Virus record (IMG/VR): IMGVR_UViG_3300037137_001341
Coordinates: 52,238 to 116,237 of that record
Source of the DNA: a virus
Strand: one strand, 5' to 3'
DNA: 64,000 nt
A program made the translations under genes and the position numbers. Positions 54,044 to 63,198 of this stretch are shown here, one piece after another (position 1 is the stretch's first letter; each line of letters begins with the position of its first letter). The notes under the pieces were generated by a model that was not told where the DNA came from, made no database searches, and worked only from the letters and a program-made list of their open reading frames with translations.

Positions 54044-55927
54044 TCATCGATCCTCGTACTCACCGTACTCCGTCTGCGAGGTGTACTGGTTCTGCGTCTC
54101 GCCGTTGGTGGTCCTGAAGCTCGCGGTCACGTAATCGAACGGGATATGCACGCGCTCGATGTACCTGCTGCCGTCTTTGTTCTTCGCGAGATGGAACATG
54201 TGCTTCTCGGTTCTCGTGCCGCCAGGAGGCTCGTGAACCTCCAGATGACCAAGCAGCACATGCTCGGCCATGTTCTCCAGGTCGCCTGATTCTTTCAGGT
54301 CGTGCATCGTCGGCGGTTTGGTCGAGTTCTCCGGGCGCTTCAACTGCGAGAGCAATAGCCCAGCAGCGTTGCCTTGCTTGATCGCGTCGCTCAGCGTCCT
54401 GGCGATGTGCGTGATCTCGACGCGGCGATCTTGGCACCGTTTCGCGCACGTCAGCGCCTGCAGGTAGTCCACGATCACAAGCTGCACGTCTTCTTCTTTG
54501 CACACGGACAGCACGATGTGCGCCAGTTGCTCGGCCGGTTTACCTATGCCGTCGATGAAGAACGGAGTGCGTTCTGCCTGCAAGGCAGCGAGTTCCATCT
54601 TGTCGATGTCCTCTTGCCGCAAGTCGTTGTCGCGGATCCTGGAAGCGTTCACACGAGCACGTCGTGACATGAACCGCTGCCCGTACATCTCCGCGCCGTC
54701 TTCTCCCGTGACGATGAGCACACGCGCGCCTGCACGGATCGCTTCGTCGGCCACCATGATCGCGAAGGACGACTTTCCGAACGACGTCTCGGCGCCGAGG
54801 ATCGCGATCTTCTGACGACGCAGACCACCGAGGGCTTCGTCCAGCTGAAAGTTCCCGGTCGTGACTCCGCGTACCTTGACGTTCGTCCTGGCTAGCTTGA
54901 CGACAGCGTCCAGCAGGTCGCCGATGGATAGCAGGCCTGCTTTCTGCGCCGCTGTTCGCTTTGGCGCTGGCGCCGTTCCCTCCTCGGCGATTGCGGCACG
55001 CTCGACGTCATCGTCTTCCGATTCTTGCGGGAGCCACTCGGGGGGCTCGTCGTCTGCGGCGCCGTAGTGCTCCGGCGGTGGTTCGTAGCGGCGATCATCG
55101 GTGAGCTTGTAGCCGCTCGGCACGCGCGCCTTCTCGACCGCGTCGTGCGCCTTGTGCCGTAGCTCGCGCTCGGTCCACGGGGGCTCGCAGCGTGCGTTGA
55201 ACTCGCAGAGGATCCGGTACGTGGCTTCTACGTCGAGACCGAACCCTTGAGCAGCGGCGAGCGCGGCAGCCCACGTTGCAGCATGTCCCCCCTGTCCCGA
55301 GATCCCCGGCGGCATCTTCGCGACGTAACTCGACGCTCGACGCTCGTTGCGTGCGTACTCGTCGCGCGCCGTGTGAATCGGAATCACCGGGGCGGCATGG
55401 CGAGACGGAGGTTCCGGCATTGCCAGGATCGCGTCCGGGTCGAGCGGCTCTCCAGCGAGTCGATACGACACGAACTCGCCGCCGCCTGGCGTGAACCAGA
55501 AGCGTCCAGGGTCCTTCGGCGCCGGATCCAGTTTACCTCCAGCGCGAGCGTTCACGCGGCGCCAGATGGCCGCGTACTCGAACGGTGACACGGGGCGAGC
55601 GAGCGGAAGAATCACACGGAAGCGCGGTGCTTCTGCCGTGTGCTTGCGTGTCGTGTGCAGGAACCCGAAGGTGCCGCTCCAGAGATTCATGGCGCCCTGG
55701 ATCGTCTCGGCACCGTCGTAGTCGAGCACGACCGCGGTCACCTGTCGGACATTCTCGCCCTCTCTCGTCGGAGGATCGAAACGTGCTGCAGACCAACCCG
55801 GATGCTCTCGATCACCGTGGAACTCACCGCCGCGCTCGAACCTGTCAAACAACGCTTCCCATTCGGTCTCAACGGTCTGTCCCGACGTGTCGAGCAGGTT
55901 CGGCCAGTGCGTGACGATCGCTTTCAT
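54044..55927 (-). CDS. Primase-helicase (primase-like N-domain, PriCT-like, DnaB/SF4 helicase)
   Basis: VLDYD, LHTT, PRFRVILPL; NARCEPPWTEREL; Walker A AETSFGKS, VIVDYLQ, LLSQL, DLKESGDLE, AKNKDG. Confidence 0.9.
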   Translation of the reverse strand: MKAIVTHWPNLLDTSGQTVETEWEALFDRFERGGEFHGDREHPGWSAARFDPPTREGENVRQVTAVVLDYDGAETIQGAMNLWSGTFGFLHTTRKHTAEAPRFRVILPLARPVSPFEYAAIWRRVNARAGGKLDPAPKDPGRFWFTPGGGEFVSYRLAGEPLDPDAILAMPEPPSRHAAPVIPIHTARDEYARNERRASSYVAKMPPGISGQGGHAATWAAALAAAQGFGLDVEATYRILCEFNARCEPPWTERELRHKAHDAVEKARVPSGYKLTDDRRYEPPPEHYGAADDEPPEWLPQESEDDDVERAAIAEEGTAPAPKRTAAQKAGLLSIGDLLDAVVKLARTNVKVRGVTTGNFQLDEALGGLRRQKIAILGAETSFGKSSFAIMVADEAIRAGARVLIVTGEDGAEMYGQRFMSRRARVNASRIRDNDLRQEDIDKMELAALQAERTPFFIDGIGKPAEQLAHIVLSVCKEEDVQLVIVDYLQALTCAKRCQDRRVEITHIARTLSDAIKQGNAAGLLLSQLKRPENSTKPPTMHDLKESGDLENMAEHVLLGHLEVHEPPGGTRTEKHMFHLAKNKDGSRYIERVHIPFDYVTASFRTTNGETQNQYTSQTEYGEYEDR

Positions 55928-56820
55928 GCGCTCTCGCTTTCAACGCCGACTGGCGCGCCGTCGTCCGCTTCGAGCAGCTTGTGCAGCCGAACAGCTTCCG
56001 ACGCTGGCAACCTCGTTTGGCCAGCGGCGCGTCGGTTCGCTACACCGAGCAAGCGAGCGAACGTCGATGGGTTCCCGAAGATGTACCCGATGTCTTTGTG
56101 CTCCTTGCCCTTGTCCTCGGTGCCATTGACCATGCCGTCGTCGGACGCGACGTCGAGGATCCGGTGACAGCCCTGTTCGCCGTACAGGTCGATCGCCTCG
56201 GCGATGATCCGAGCGTGCACGTCGTCGGCACCGAGCCCGAGCTTCGCCCCGACGCGCCCCGTGACCTTGGCCCAGTGGGCGTGCACTTCCTGAACGTCTT
56301 TCCGTTGCCGCGGTGCGTTACCGCGTAGGCCATCCCCCATCGGGTCCCTCGGTCGGCCCTCCCCCTGCACCCCCTCTGGACGGGATGGGAAGGGAAGGGA
56401 AGGGAGGGGATTGGGACGCGCGCGAGGCGCGAGACTTTTGTTTTCTTTCCTGGGAGTCTCGGAAAGATTCTCGGGAGTCTCGCGAAAGTTCTCGGAAGGA
56501 GAAGGCACCTTTGGCTTACCAGGCTTGTCAACCCTCTGGTGTTTCGCCCAGTTACGGATCGAGTAGTACGACTGGCCGTCGACCACGTAAATCCGGCAGT
56601 AGCGGATTTCCACAAGCCGAGCCAACGCGGCTGAGACCACCTCAAGTGGTTGCCCAGAGAAAATCTGGGCGCCTAGAAACTTTTCGCTGCCGCGTCCGTT
56701 CCCGTGGTCGTCGGCCAGCAGGATGAGTCCGATGGAGAGGACCCTGGCGTCGGAAGATGACTCGTTGAGTAGCTCGTCTTCGAGCCACTCGGGTTTCAGA
56801 GAGCGGATGCGTCCGCTCAT
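55924..56820 (-). CDS. Phage replication initiator/organizer
   Basis: RIRSLKPEW, LSIGLILLADDHGNG, IRNWAKHQR; directly upstream of the helicase. Confidence 0.8.
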   Translation of the reverse strand: MSGRIRSLKPEWLEDELLNESSSDARVLSIGLILLADDHGNGRGSEKFLGAQIFSGQPLEVVSAALARLVEIRYCRIYVVDGQSYYSIRNWAKHQRVDKPGKPKVPSPSENFRETPENLSETPRKENKSLAPRARPNPLPSLPFPSRPEGVQGEGRPRDPMGDGLRGNAPRQRKDVQEVHAHWAKVTGRVGAKLGLGADDVHARIIAEAIDLYGEQGCHRILDVASDDGMVNGTEDKGKEHKDIGYIFGNPSTFARLLGVANRRAAGQTRLPASEAVRLHKLLEADDGAPVGVESESA

Positions 56821-56869
56821 GGCGTACGACCTCGACGGGACGTCGACATGGGTTCCCCTCGGAGGCGAA

Positions 56870-57046
56870 CTACGCGACCCGTTGGGTCGATTCGGACTTG
56901 CAGCGCTTGGCGAACTCCCTGACGGATCGCCGGATAATCTCGGTGCGCGGGAGCTTCTCGATTCGAGCGGCTTCATCCACGAGTCCGAGATCCTCTTCGT
57001 CCAACGGGACCTGCACGACCGTCTTCTTGTTGCTGGGCATCTCCAT
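56870..57046 (-). CDS. Ribbon-helix-helix (CopG-like) regulator
   Basis: VVQVPLDEEDLGLVDEAARIEKLPRTEIIRRSVREF. Confidence 0.8.
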   Translation of the reverse strand: MEMPSNKKTVVQVPLDEEDLGLVDEAARIEKLPRTEIIRRSVREFAKRCKSESTQRVA

Positions 57047-57074
57047 GATCTTCTTGTTCTCCGGGGAGCAGCGG

Positions 57075-57109
57075 ACCCTATGTGAAACCCACGCAGTGGT
57101 CAAGCTATC
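57075..57109 (-). promoter_or_regulatory. Sigma70-type promoter of the RHH/replication operon
   Basis: TTGACC-17nt-TAGGGT, with GCTATC abutting the -35. Confidence 0.6.
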
Positions 57110-57129
57110 TGTTACGTTAGCCTTACGTG

Positions 57130-57819
57130 TTACTTCCGCTTCGGCTTGCAATCCTTCGGATCTCCATGGATCCAGCCGGTCTGCGGCGACCACGTGGCGG
57201 GCATCCCCTCGGGCACCACGGTCTGGCAGCGGCGGCACGGGAGGGCGAAGCGTGCCGGGTAGATGTGTCCTACCTTGCTCGGAGCTAGCCACTCGTCGCT
57301 GTCGAACACCTGCGGGTATCTCCCGGTGCCGCCGAAGTCGTTGGCGCGGTCACCGCGCCCGAGCTTGCCGGATGTCTTCTTCTGTTCCTTCTTCAGATCG
57401 AAGCAGGAGCGCAGATCGGACGGCGGCACAACGAAGCGTCCTGTCGTCTCATTCCAGTAGACCGCGCGCTTCGCGTCCTTGCTGCCGGTCCAGCCGGCAA
57501 GCACGAACGTCGGCGCGTCGCGGTCGATCACGAGGATGAATACCGCGTCGTCCGGGTCATCCGTCTTCACGAGTAGCTCTCCAGCCGCGGAGCTAGCCGT
57601 GCGGATGATCACGCAGGATGGGGCACGTCCGAGCCGCTGCCATATCTTCCAGTCCTTCAGCGCGGTGAAGGCGCCGTCCCACTTCCTGTGCAGCGCGACG
57701 GCGACGGCCATCTCGGCGATGGCGGCATGTACCCCGGTGGGTGTACCGCGCTTCTTGCCGATCTCCGTCGCCGCCGCGATCTCGTCAACGCCGAGCTTCA
57801 CCGTGAAGCGCGGTGTCAC
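57130..57819 (-). CDS. Hypothetical protein with C-terminal Zn-binding motif
   Basis: AEMAVA, LAGW; ARFALPCRRC...H...C. Confidence 0.65.
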   Translation of the reverse strand: MTPRFTVKLGVDEIAAATEIGKKRGTPTGVHAAIAEMAVAVALHRKWDGAFTALKDWKIWQRLGRAPSCVIIRTASSAAGELLVKTDDPDDAVFILVIDRDAPTFVLAGWTGSKDAKRAVYWNETTGRFVVPPSDLRSCFDLKKEQKKTSGKLGRGDRANDFGGTGRYPQVFDSDEWLAPSKVGHIYPARFALPCRRCQTVVPEGMPATWSPQTGWIHGDPKDCKPKRK

Positions 57820-58829
57820 TCGGCAACTTCGCCCATCTTGGTCTGTGTGTCGGGGATATGTGCCGCCGACTCCCTTCGCTCTTCGTGACGCGCTTCCTGT
57901 CGCGCGTCCAGGGCTTGTTCTTGCCGCTCCTGCTGCTGGCGCCGCCGTCGCTGCGGTTGCGGCGCTGGAGTCACTGCTGGGGCCGCGGCGTCTGCGAGCC
58001 GGTCGAGCGCGCTCGGTTGCGCCTCTCCAAGCTGACGTTCCGGCTGCGGCGCCGCCAGTGAGCCGACGTCAAGGTCGAGCCCCGCGAGCGCGTTCCGTCC
58101 CGCCTCCTCGGAGTCCTCGGAGACCATCGCCCTCGCGAGATCCGAGTCCGCGCTGAGCGTCAGCGTGTCACAGAGCCGCCGGAGCGCGGTCTTGCTCCAC
58201 ATGGCCTCGGTGTTGTCGATCCAGGGACCGTAGCCCTTCTTCGCCGCATCGCTCGCGCCCATGGCCTTCTTGATCTCCGGCGCGCCGATGACGACGAAGC
58301 GGTCGTAGTTCCCGACCTCCTTCGAGTGCCAGATGACCTTCGCGTAGGCGTACTTGAGCGCGCCGCGCACCTCCGAGTCCGTGGGCCTGTGCGCGAGCTT
58401 CGCCGGCTCGTAGGCGTACTCGAACTGGTCGTTCTCGAACACGACGCGGGCGTAGATGTCCCGGATCTCCTTGTCGCTGCCGAACGCGAGCTTGCGCAGC
58501 CCCTTGTACCCGGTCTGGAACCCGCACACGAAGGTGTTTGTGTTTTTGTTCCAGCGGGGGATCAGGTAGCCCTCACCGAACACGTTGTCGAGCGAGAGCC
58601 CGACCTGCGCGGCCTGGATGACGGCGCCGATGACGCTCACCGGGTCGCACTCCAGGATGCGCGGCGTGGTCTGCACCGCGGTGAGGTAGACGCGGAACAG
58701 GCGCTTGCCGTCGATGTGTCTCGGTAGCGCTGAGAGGATCTGTGCCTGCACCTTGTCGCTCATCAAGAGCGAACGGAGGCTGGCCATCTTCTGTCGTGCG
58801 GGGATGATCTCGTTGTTGGACATGCTCAT
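57816..58829 (-). CDS. recT: RecT-family single-strand annealing recombinase
   Basis: ALPRHID, CDPVSVIGAVIQAAQVGL, GEGYLIP, FQTGYKGL, PW...EAMWSKTALRRL. Confidence 0.93.
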   Translation of the reverse strand: MSMSNNEIIPARQKMASLRSLLMSDKVQAQILSALPRHIDGKRLFRVYLTAVQTTPRILECDPVSVIGAVIQAAQVGLSLDNVFGEGYLIPRWNKNTNTFVCGFQTGYKGLRKLAFGSDKEIRDIYARVVFENDQFEYAYEPAKLAHRPTDSEVRGALKYAYAKVIWHSKEVGNYDRFVVIGAPEIKKAMGASDAAKKGYGPWIDNTEAMWSKTALRRLCDTLTLSADSDLARAMVSEDSEEAGRNALAGLDLDVGSLAAPQPERQLGEAQPSALDRLADAAAPAVTPAPQPQRRRRQQQERQEQALDARQEARHEERRESAAHIPDTQTKMGEVAE

Positions 58830-58846
58830 GTTCTCCTTCTTCTGAC

Positions 58847-59812
58847 TCAGACGTCGATGCGGTTGCTGAACTTCAGGATGCGCGTCGCGGCGACCACGTG
58901 CGCCTTCACGGGGTACGCGGCGCGCGTCTCGAACTTGTAGATGCCCTTGTTCTCCGGGAGGAGCCCGCGCTTCGCGGTGCCCATGAGCGCACTGATCTCG
59001 CGCTTCGCCTCCTTCTCCTCTTCCTCGGCGCTCTTGCGCCGCTCGGCGGCATCGAGCAGCTTGTCGTGCCACTTGAGCACGTCGGCGGGCAGCTGGATGA
59101 CGCGCCCGTCCTCGCGCATCTTCTTCAGCGTCGAGATCGTGGAGTCGCTCGCGTCGAGCGGCGGCGGGGTGCCCTCCTGGACCATCTGCCAGAACGCCTG
59201 CGTCTTCGTGATCAGCGTCTTCAGGAACTTCTCGTTGCGGGCGACGTGCGTGAAGATGAACTTCTGGCCGCCGATGAGGCATGCGATCGACGTGTAGAGG
59301 CGCGTCGTCACGAGCATCTGCTGCTGCACCTGGATCTGGTAGTAGAGTGGGGCCTCTTCACTCCAGTCCGCTGCGTATCGCTCGCCGGTGGTCTTACACT
59401 CCAGCAGGCCCGCGGTCACCGACCTGGGGTTCTGCTGCTCGTAGTCCGGCGTCGCGAGCAGCCAAGGGAACGCGCGTGAGCGGAGCAGGTGCGCCCCGAG
59501 CGGGTGCTTCCACACCTCGCGCCCCGTCTCCTCCGCGAACGTCTCGCCGACGATCGCTTCGAGCTTGCGACCCCACTTCATGCGCTCGTTGTCCGGCTGC
59601 GGATCGATCTCGCCGCGCTTCCGTTGGTACAGAGAGAACGGGCTCTCCCACGGGTTCACCCCGAAGATGATCGCGGCCTCGCTCGCGCCGATCCCGGTGT
59701 CACGCGCCTTGAGCCACCCCGCACGATCCTTCTCCGAGTCTGCGACCGTGAGGAACGGGCGGCGCCCGCTCCTGCTCCCCTTGCTCATCTGCCTGCGCTG
59801 CGGTATCTTCAT
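58847..59812 (-). CDS. YqaJ-like (lambda-type) exonuclease
   Basis: WLKARDTGIGASE, WGRKLE, LLATPD, LLECKT, YYQIQVQQQM. Confidence 0.93.
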   Translation of the reverse strand: MKIPQRRQMSKGSRSGRRPFLTVADSEKDRAGWLKARDTGIGASEAAIIFGVNPWESPFSLYQRKRGEIDPQPDNERMKWGRKLEAIVGETFAEETGREVWKHPLGAHLLRSRAFPWLLATPDYEQQNPRSVTAGLLECKTTGERYAADWSEEAPLYYQIQVQQQMLVTTRLYTSIACLIGGQKFIFTHVARNEKFLKTLITKTQAFWQMVQEGTPPPLDASDSTISTLKKMREDGRVIQLPADVLKWHDKLLDAAERRKSAEEEEKEAKREISALMGTAKRGLLPENKGIYKFETRAAYPVKAHVVAATRILKFSNRIDV

Positions 59813-59900
59813 GGTGTCAGGGCTCCTTCGTCGTGGTCCAGACTCGCGGCCCGCCCCTCATGCTCGGGGCGGGCCGCATCTATTCGTGCTCGGGGAAAGC

Positions 59901-60002
59901 AAAGTGCTCCTCCTATGGCTAGCCGTCAAGGAGCGGTGTGACACACCCTGTCCGACCTCGCCTGCCTTGACAGATCGGGCTAGCCTGGCTATCACGGCTA
60001 TC
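59901..60002. promoter_or_regulatory. Divergent promoter pair with GCTAGC/GCTATC array
   Basis: Minus: TTGACG(59929)-GCTAGC..-CACTTT; plus: TTGACA(59967)-17nt-TATCAC with GCTA(G/T)C at 59979, 59988, 59997. Confidence 0.65.
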
Positions 60003-60092
60003 CAGAGCATGCCGTCGGTGAGTGGGCGCTTTTCCCGCCACAAGCTCACCGGCGGCATGTTCGCTCCCGTCACATCCCCCAGGAGAGAAAGC

Positions 60093-60653
60093 ATGACACG
60101 CGAAGAGTTTTTGGCGCTTCCGTTGAAAGAGGCGCTCGGAGCGATCTGGGATCTCTCCCCACAGCGGTTCGAGGCGATGAAGGCGCCGGTCGTAACGCGC
60201 CCAGCGAGCCCAGTCCGCGCCGGCGGCAGGGGCCTAGCGCCAAAGTACGATCAGGTGGTCTACCGCAAGGACGGCGTCCAGTACGCGAGCGAGATGGATC
60301 TCTCCAGCCTGGTTTATTGGCGGGATCGGAGCGCCGCCGGCATCGACGATCCGAAATACGGTGAGAAGAACGAGAAGACCGCGAAGTCGCTGACGTACTG
60401 GATCGAGTACCGGGAGAAGACCCCGATGGCTCAGTGGTCGGGGGAGCGGAACCGCCAGCATGTGACGGCGGAGGTGCCGAGCGATGACGCGGCGATCTAC
60501 CCGCGAGAGCCCCGTGCTCCTTCTCCTTATGGTTCACAGCGCAGTGGGCCGCCACGCGGGACGCAGCATCGTGAAACTCGCGCCGCCGATCCCGAGCCCG
60601 AGCCCCCGGAGCAGCAGTTGTTCAGCGCTGATGAGGACGACATCCCGTTTTAG
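60093..60653 (+). CDS. Hypothetical protein with SSB-like acidic C-terminal tail
   Basis: Ends DEDDIPF; AGGAG RBS. Confidence 0.7.
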   Translation: MTREEFLALPLKEALGAIWDLSPQRFEAMKAPVVTRPASPVRAGGRGLAPKYDQVVYRKDGVQYASEMDLSSLVYWRDRSAAGIDDPKYGEKNEKTAKSLTYWIEYREKTPMAQWSGERNRQHVTAEVPSDDAAIYPREPRAPSPYGSQRSGPPRGTQHRETRAADPEPEPPEQQLFSADEDDIPF

Positions 60654-60657
60654 TCAC

Positions 60658-61587
60658 ATGACGCCGCTGCATGTCTCCGCACGCCCGGACTTCGACGCGC
60701 TCGACGTGAGCAGCGACGAGGGGCCAGCCCGTACAGAGGACGGGCGCGCGTGGGTGCGCTGGGCGAAAACTGGCGCGTTCTCGGGCTGGTACGCCGTCGG
60801 CGCGCGGAAGCCGAAGCTCGTGGGGCGGCCGACGTTCTGGGGGGCGGTCCACGCCGTGGCGTGCGCATGTGCTGGCGGGAACGTGGACCAGGCGCACTGC
60901 TGCGGCCGAGGCGTGCTTGCTCTCGGCGGGCTCGGTGTCACGATGCGCTCGGGATATGCCCAGCTGCTCCTGCATTGCTGCCTGCTGGCGAACCCGGCAC
61001 GCTACGTCGAGGTCATGGCCCCGGTGATCCGCGAGACGGGGATCTACACGAAGAAGACGGAGAAGAGCCCGAGCGGCGTTGCCCTCTGCACGCACGGGAA
61101 GTACGCGATGAACGAGAGCCAGATGCGGTCCCTCGTGATGATGGACTCCGACTCGATCACCTGGACGACGTCGCAGAAGAAGCGGGCGAAGGTCTGGGTC
61201 GCCTGCTGCTCGGAGCTTCTCCGGGACGAGGCGATGGACGTGGCGCAGCACGCCTTCGCCGAGCAGGTCATGCCGGCGATCCTAACCGACACGACAAAGG
61301 AGGCGATCAAGTGGCCGAAGGGCCCGCGTGACGCCTGGCAGTACACGCACGAGCAGCAGATGCTCTGGGCGCTGTCGCTCGTGATGGCGCTCGAAGACGA
61401 GCACGACACCGCGACGCTCGTGTGCGCGGCCCGAGACGGCGAGCCACTGGAAGATCCCCTTGCGGCAGCGGCGGTCCTGCGGAATATGCAGCGCGAAGTG
61501 CAAGACCCGCACTACGGGGATATGTTCAGGAACCGGTTCGTGACCGCGATGGCGCTGCTCGCGCCGTTGATGCAGGTGACGCTGTGA
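60658..61587 (+). CDS. Hypothetical protein (possibly degenerate lysozyme-like fold)
   Basis: 309 aa, coupled; function weakly supported. Confidence 0.6.
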   Translation: MTPLHVSARPDFDALDVSSDEGPARTEDGRAWVRWAKTGAFSGWYAVGARKPKLVGRPTFWGAVHAVACACAGGNVDQAHCCGRGVLALGGLGVTMRSGYAQLLLHCCLLANPARYVEVMAPVIRETGIYTKKTEKSPSGVALCTHGKYAMNESQMRSLVMMDSDSITWTTSQKKRAKVWVACCSELLRDEAMDVAQHAFAEQVMPAILTDTTKEAIKWPKGPRDAWQYTHEQQMLWALSLVMALEDEHDTATLVCAARDGEPLEDPLAAAAVLRNMQREVQDPHYGDMFRNRFVTAMALLAPLMQVTL

Positions 61588-62123
61588 AGATGAAGCGGGA
61601 CGATGTCTCTGGCCCTGACTACATGGGCGAGTACTTCGAGTCCGGCTACGAGGCTGGCATCCGGGGCGCGCCGCTTCTGCCGGTGCCTGAGCCGCTGAAG
61701 CTGCAGTTTCGTTCGTACGGCTTCGTGTACGAGCACACGCATGTGAAGCGCGCGGACTCCTTCGATCTGGATGCGCCTCCCGATGAGGTTCTTCAGGCCC
61801 CCATGGAGCCCGGATTTGCGTTCTGCCTGAGATGTCAGGTGACCGCGCCGTACCGACCCAAGTGGCTGCTCGTGGCGACGCCGGGCTTCCAGATCCAGCG
61901 CCTGACTGTGGACCGTGTGTATATGTTGCTGGACGACGTCGATGGAGACCTCTATCTGACCACCGTGTGGGACACGATCACGGATGTGCTCCAGCTGGAG
62001 CGGTTGCGGCTGCCGGGCCACACCATCGACCGCAACGGCACATTGGAGCTTCAGGCCAAGCTCCGTCCCGGCAACGTCGCCACCCGGTTCAGCGCGATGG
62101 TCGTCGGCGAGGAGGCAGCCTGA
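61584..62123 (+). CDS. Beta-rich hypothetical protein (possible single jelly roll)
   Basis: APYRPKWLLV, FQIQRLTV, LELQAK, RFSAMVVG. Confidence 0.6.
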   Translation: MKMKRDDVSGPDYMGEYFESGYEAGIRGAPLLPVPEPLKLQFRSYGFVYEHTHVKRADSFDLDAPPDEVLQAPMEPGFAFCLRCQVTAPYRPKWLLVATPGFQIQRLTVDRVYMLLDDVDGDLYLTTVWDTITDVLQLERLRLPGHTIDRNGTLELQAKLRPGNVATRFSAMVVGEEAA

Positions 62124-62554
62124 TGGCCCGGATAATCGGCCTCGGGGTGCGTAACCAGTACGGGCGCATGGTCTGGCATCGGCTTCCGGCACGTGTCAAC
62201 CGTCCCGCTAGGCTCCATGCCTGCCTGATTCGCCCGGAGGAGGCGCTGTACGAACTCCTGGACGCGGAGGGTCCCAGGCTCCGCGAGTGGCGGCCGGTCC
62301 ACCCGGCGCGTGCGCCGCAAGTGATCGCCGCCGTGCTGCAGGCACGGGCACAACAGCTGCCTCGGCTGCATCGCGAGCAGATCGAACTCCCGCCTCCTCG
62401 GCGCATCGGCGGTCCGGTGATCCCGTACCGCCTGCAGCCCTATCTTGCCGCCCTCGAACTCGTGGCCATGATGTCGCTCGCTACGCGAGCACTCGAAGGA
62501 GACCTATGCACAAAGACAAGCACCAGGCAGCGATCGATGCGCTCTCCGAACTGA
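62123..62554 (+). CDS. Hypothetical protein
   Basis: GGAGG RBS, TGATG coupling. Confidence 0.55.
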   Translation: MARIIGLGVRNQYGRMVWHRLPARVNRPARLHACLIRPEEALYELLDAEGPRLREWRPVHPARAPQVIAAVLQARAQQLPRLHREQIELPPPRRIGGPVIPYRLQPYLAALELVAMMSLATRALEGDLCTKTSTRQRSMRSPN

Positions 62555-63198
62555 TGCGGAGCGAACTCGACGGCGACATGCGCGGGAGGTTCGCGTGCGT
62601 GAACCGGCTCGCGGTGCTCGCGCAGAAGCTCCAGATCGAGATGAACCCGCGCCCCGAGGACATGGACGAACAGCAGAATGAGTACGGCATAAACGTCGCC
62701 GACCACGGCATGATCAGGGGTGGCAACGCCATGTACGGCGGCGATCAGCAGCAGATGGCCCGTGAGATGCTCGCGATGCTCGGCCCCGCGATGGGCGGCC
62801 TCCAGGGCAACAACGAGGCGAAGAAGCGGGAGTCGATGGCTCGGGAACTGAACGAGCTACTCGATGCCAGGAACCGTTTTCTATTCGGCACCGGAGCCCA
62901 GGACCCGGAAGCTGTGGCCGCTGCGGCACGACTCGCGAAACGGATCAACGTGCTCACCGAACTGGTGAGCCAGGAAGAAGAAGAGGAGAAGCCCCATGCA
63001 CAAGCCCCAGAACTTCACGTGGTTCCTGCCGTCGATGTACGGCGACATCAAGCTGGAGAAGGTCACGGACAAGACGACGCGCCTCACGCTCGTCGGGCTC
63101 TCCCCGACGGAGAAGGAGGCCGTGAAGGCGCTCTTCGCGCGGGCGGTGAAGCCGGGGGCCTTCAAGAAGGTGTGGACATCAGAGACGGCGCTGCGTGA
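62506..63198 (+). CDS. Hypothetical helical protein
   Basis: AAGGAG RBS then MHKDKHQ; 3' end overlaps the next gene. Confidence 0.6.
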   Translation: MHKDKHQAAIDALSELMRSELDGDMRGRFACVNRLAVLAQKLQIEMNPRPEDMDEQQNEYGINVADHGMIRGGNAMYGGDQQQMAREMLAMLGPAMGGLQGNNEAKKRESMARELNELLDARNRFLFGTGAQDPEAVAAAARLAKRINVLTELVSQEEEEEKPHAQAPELHVVPAVDVRRHQAGEGHGQDDAPHARRALPDGEGGREGALRAGGEAGGLQEGVDIRDGAA

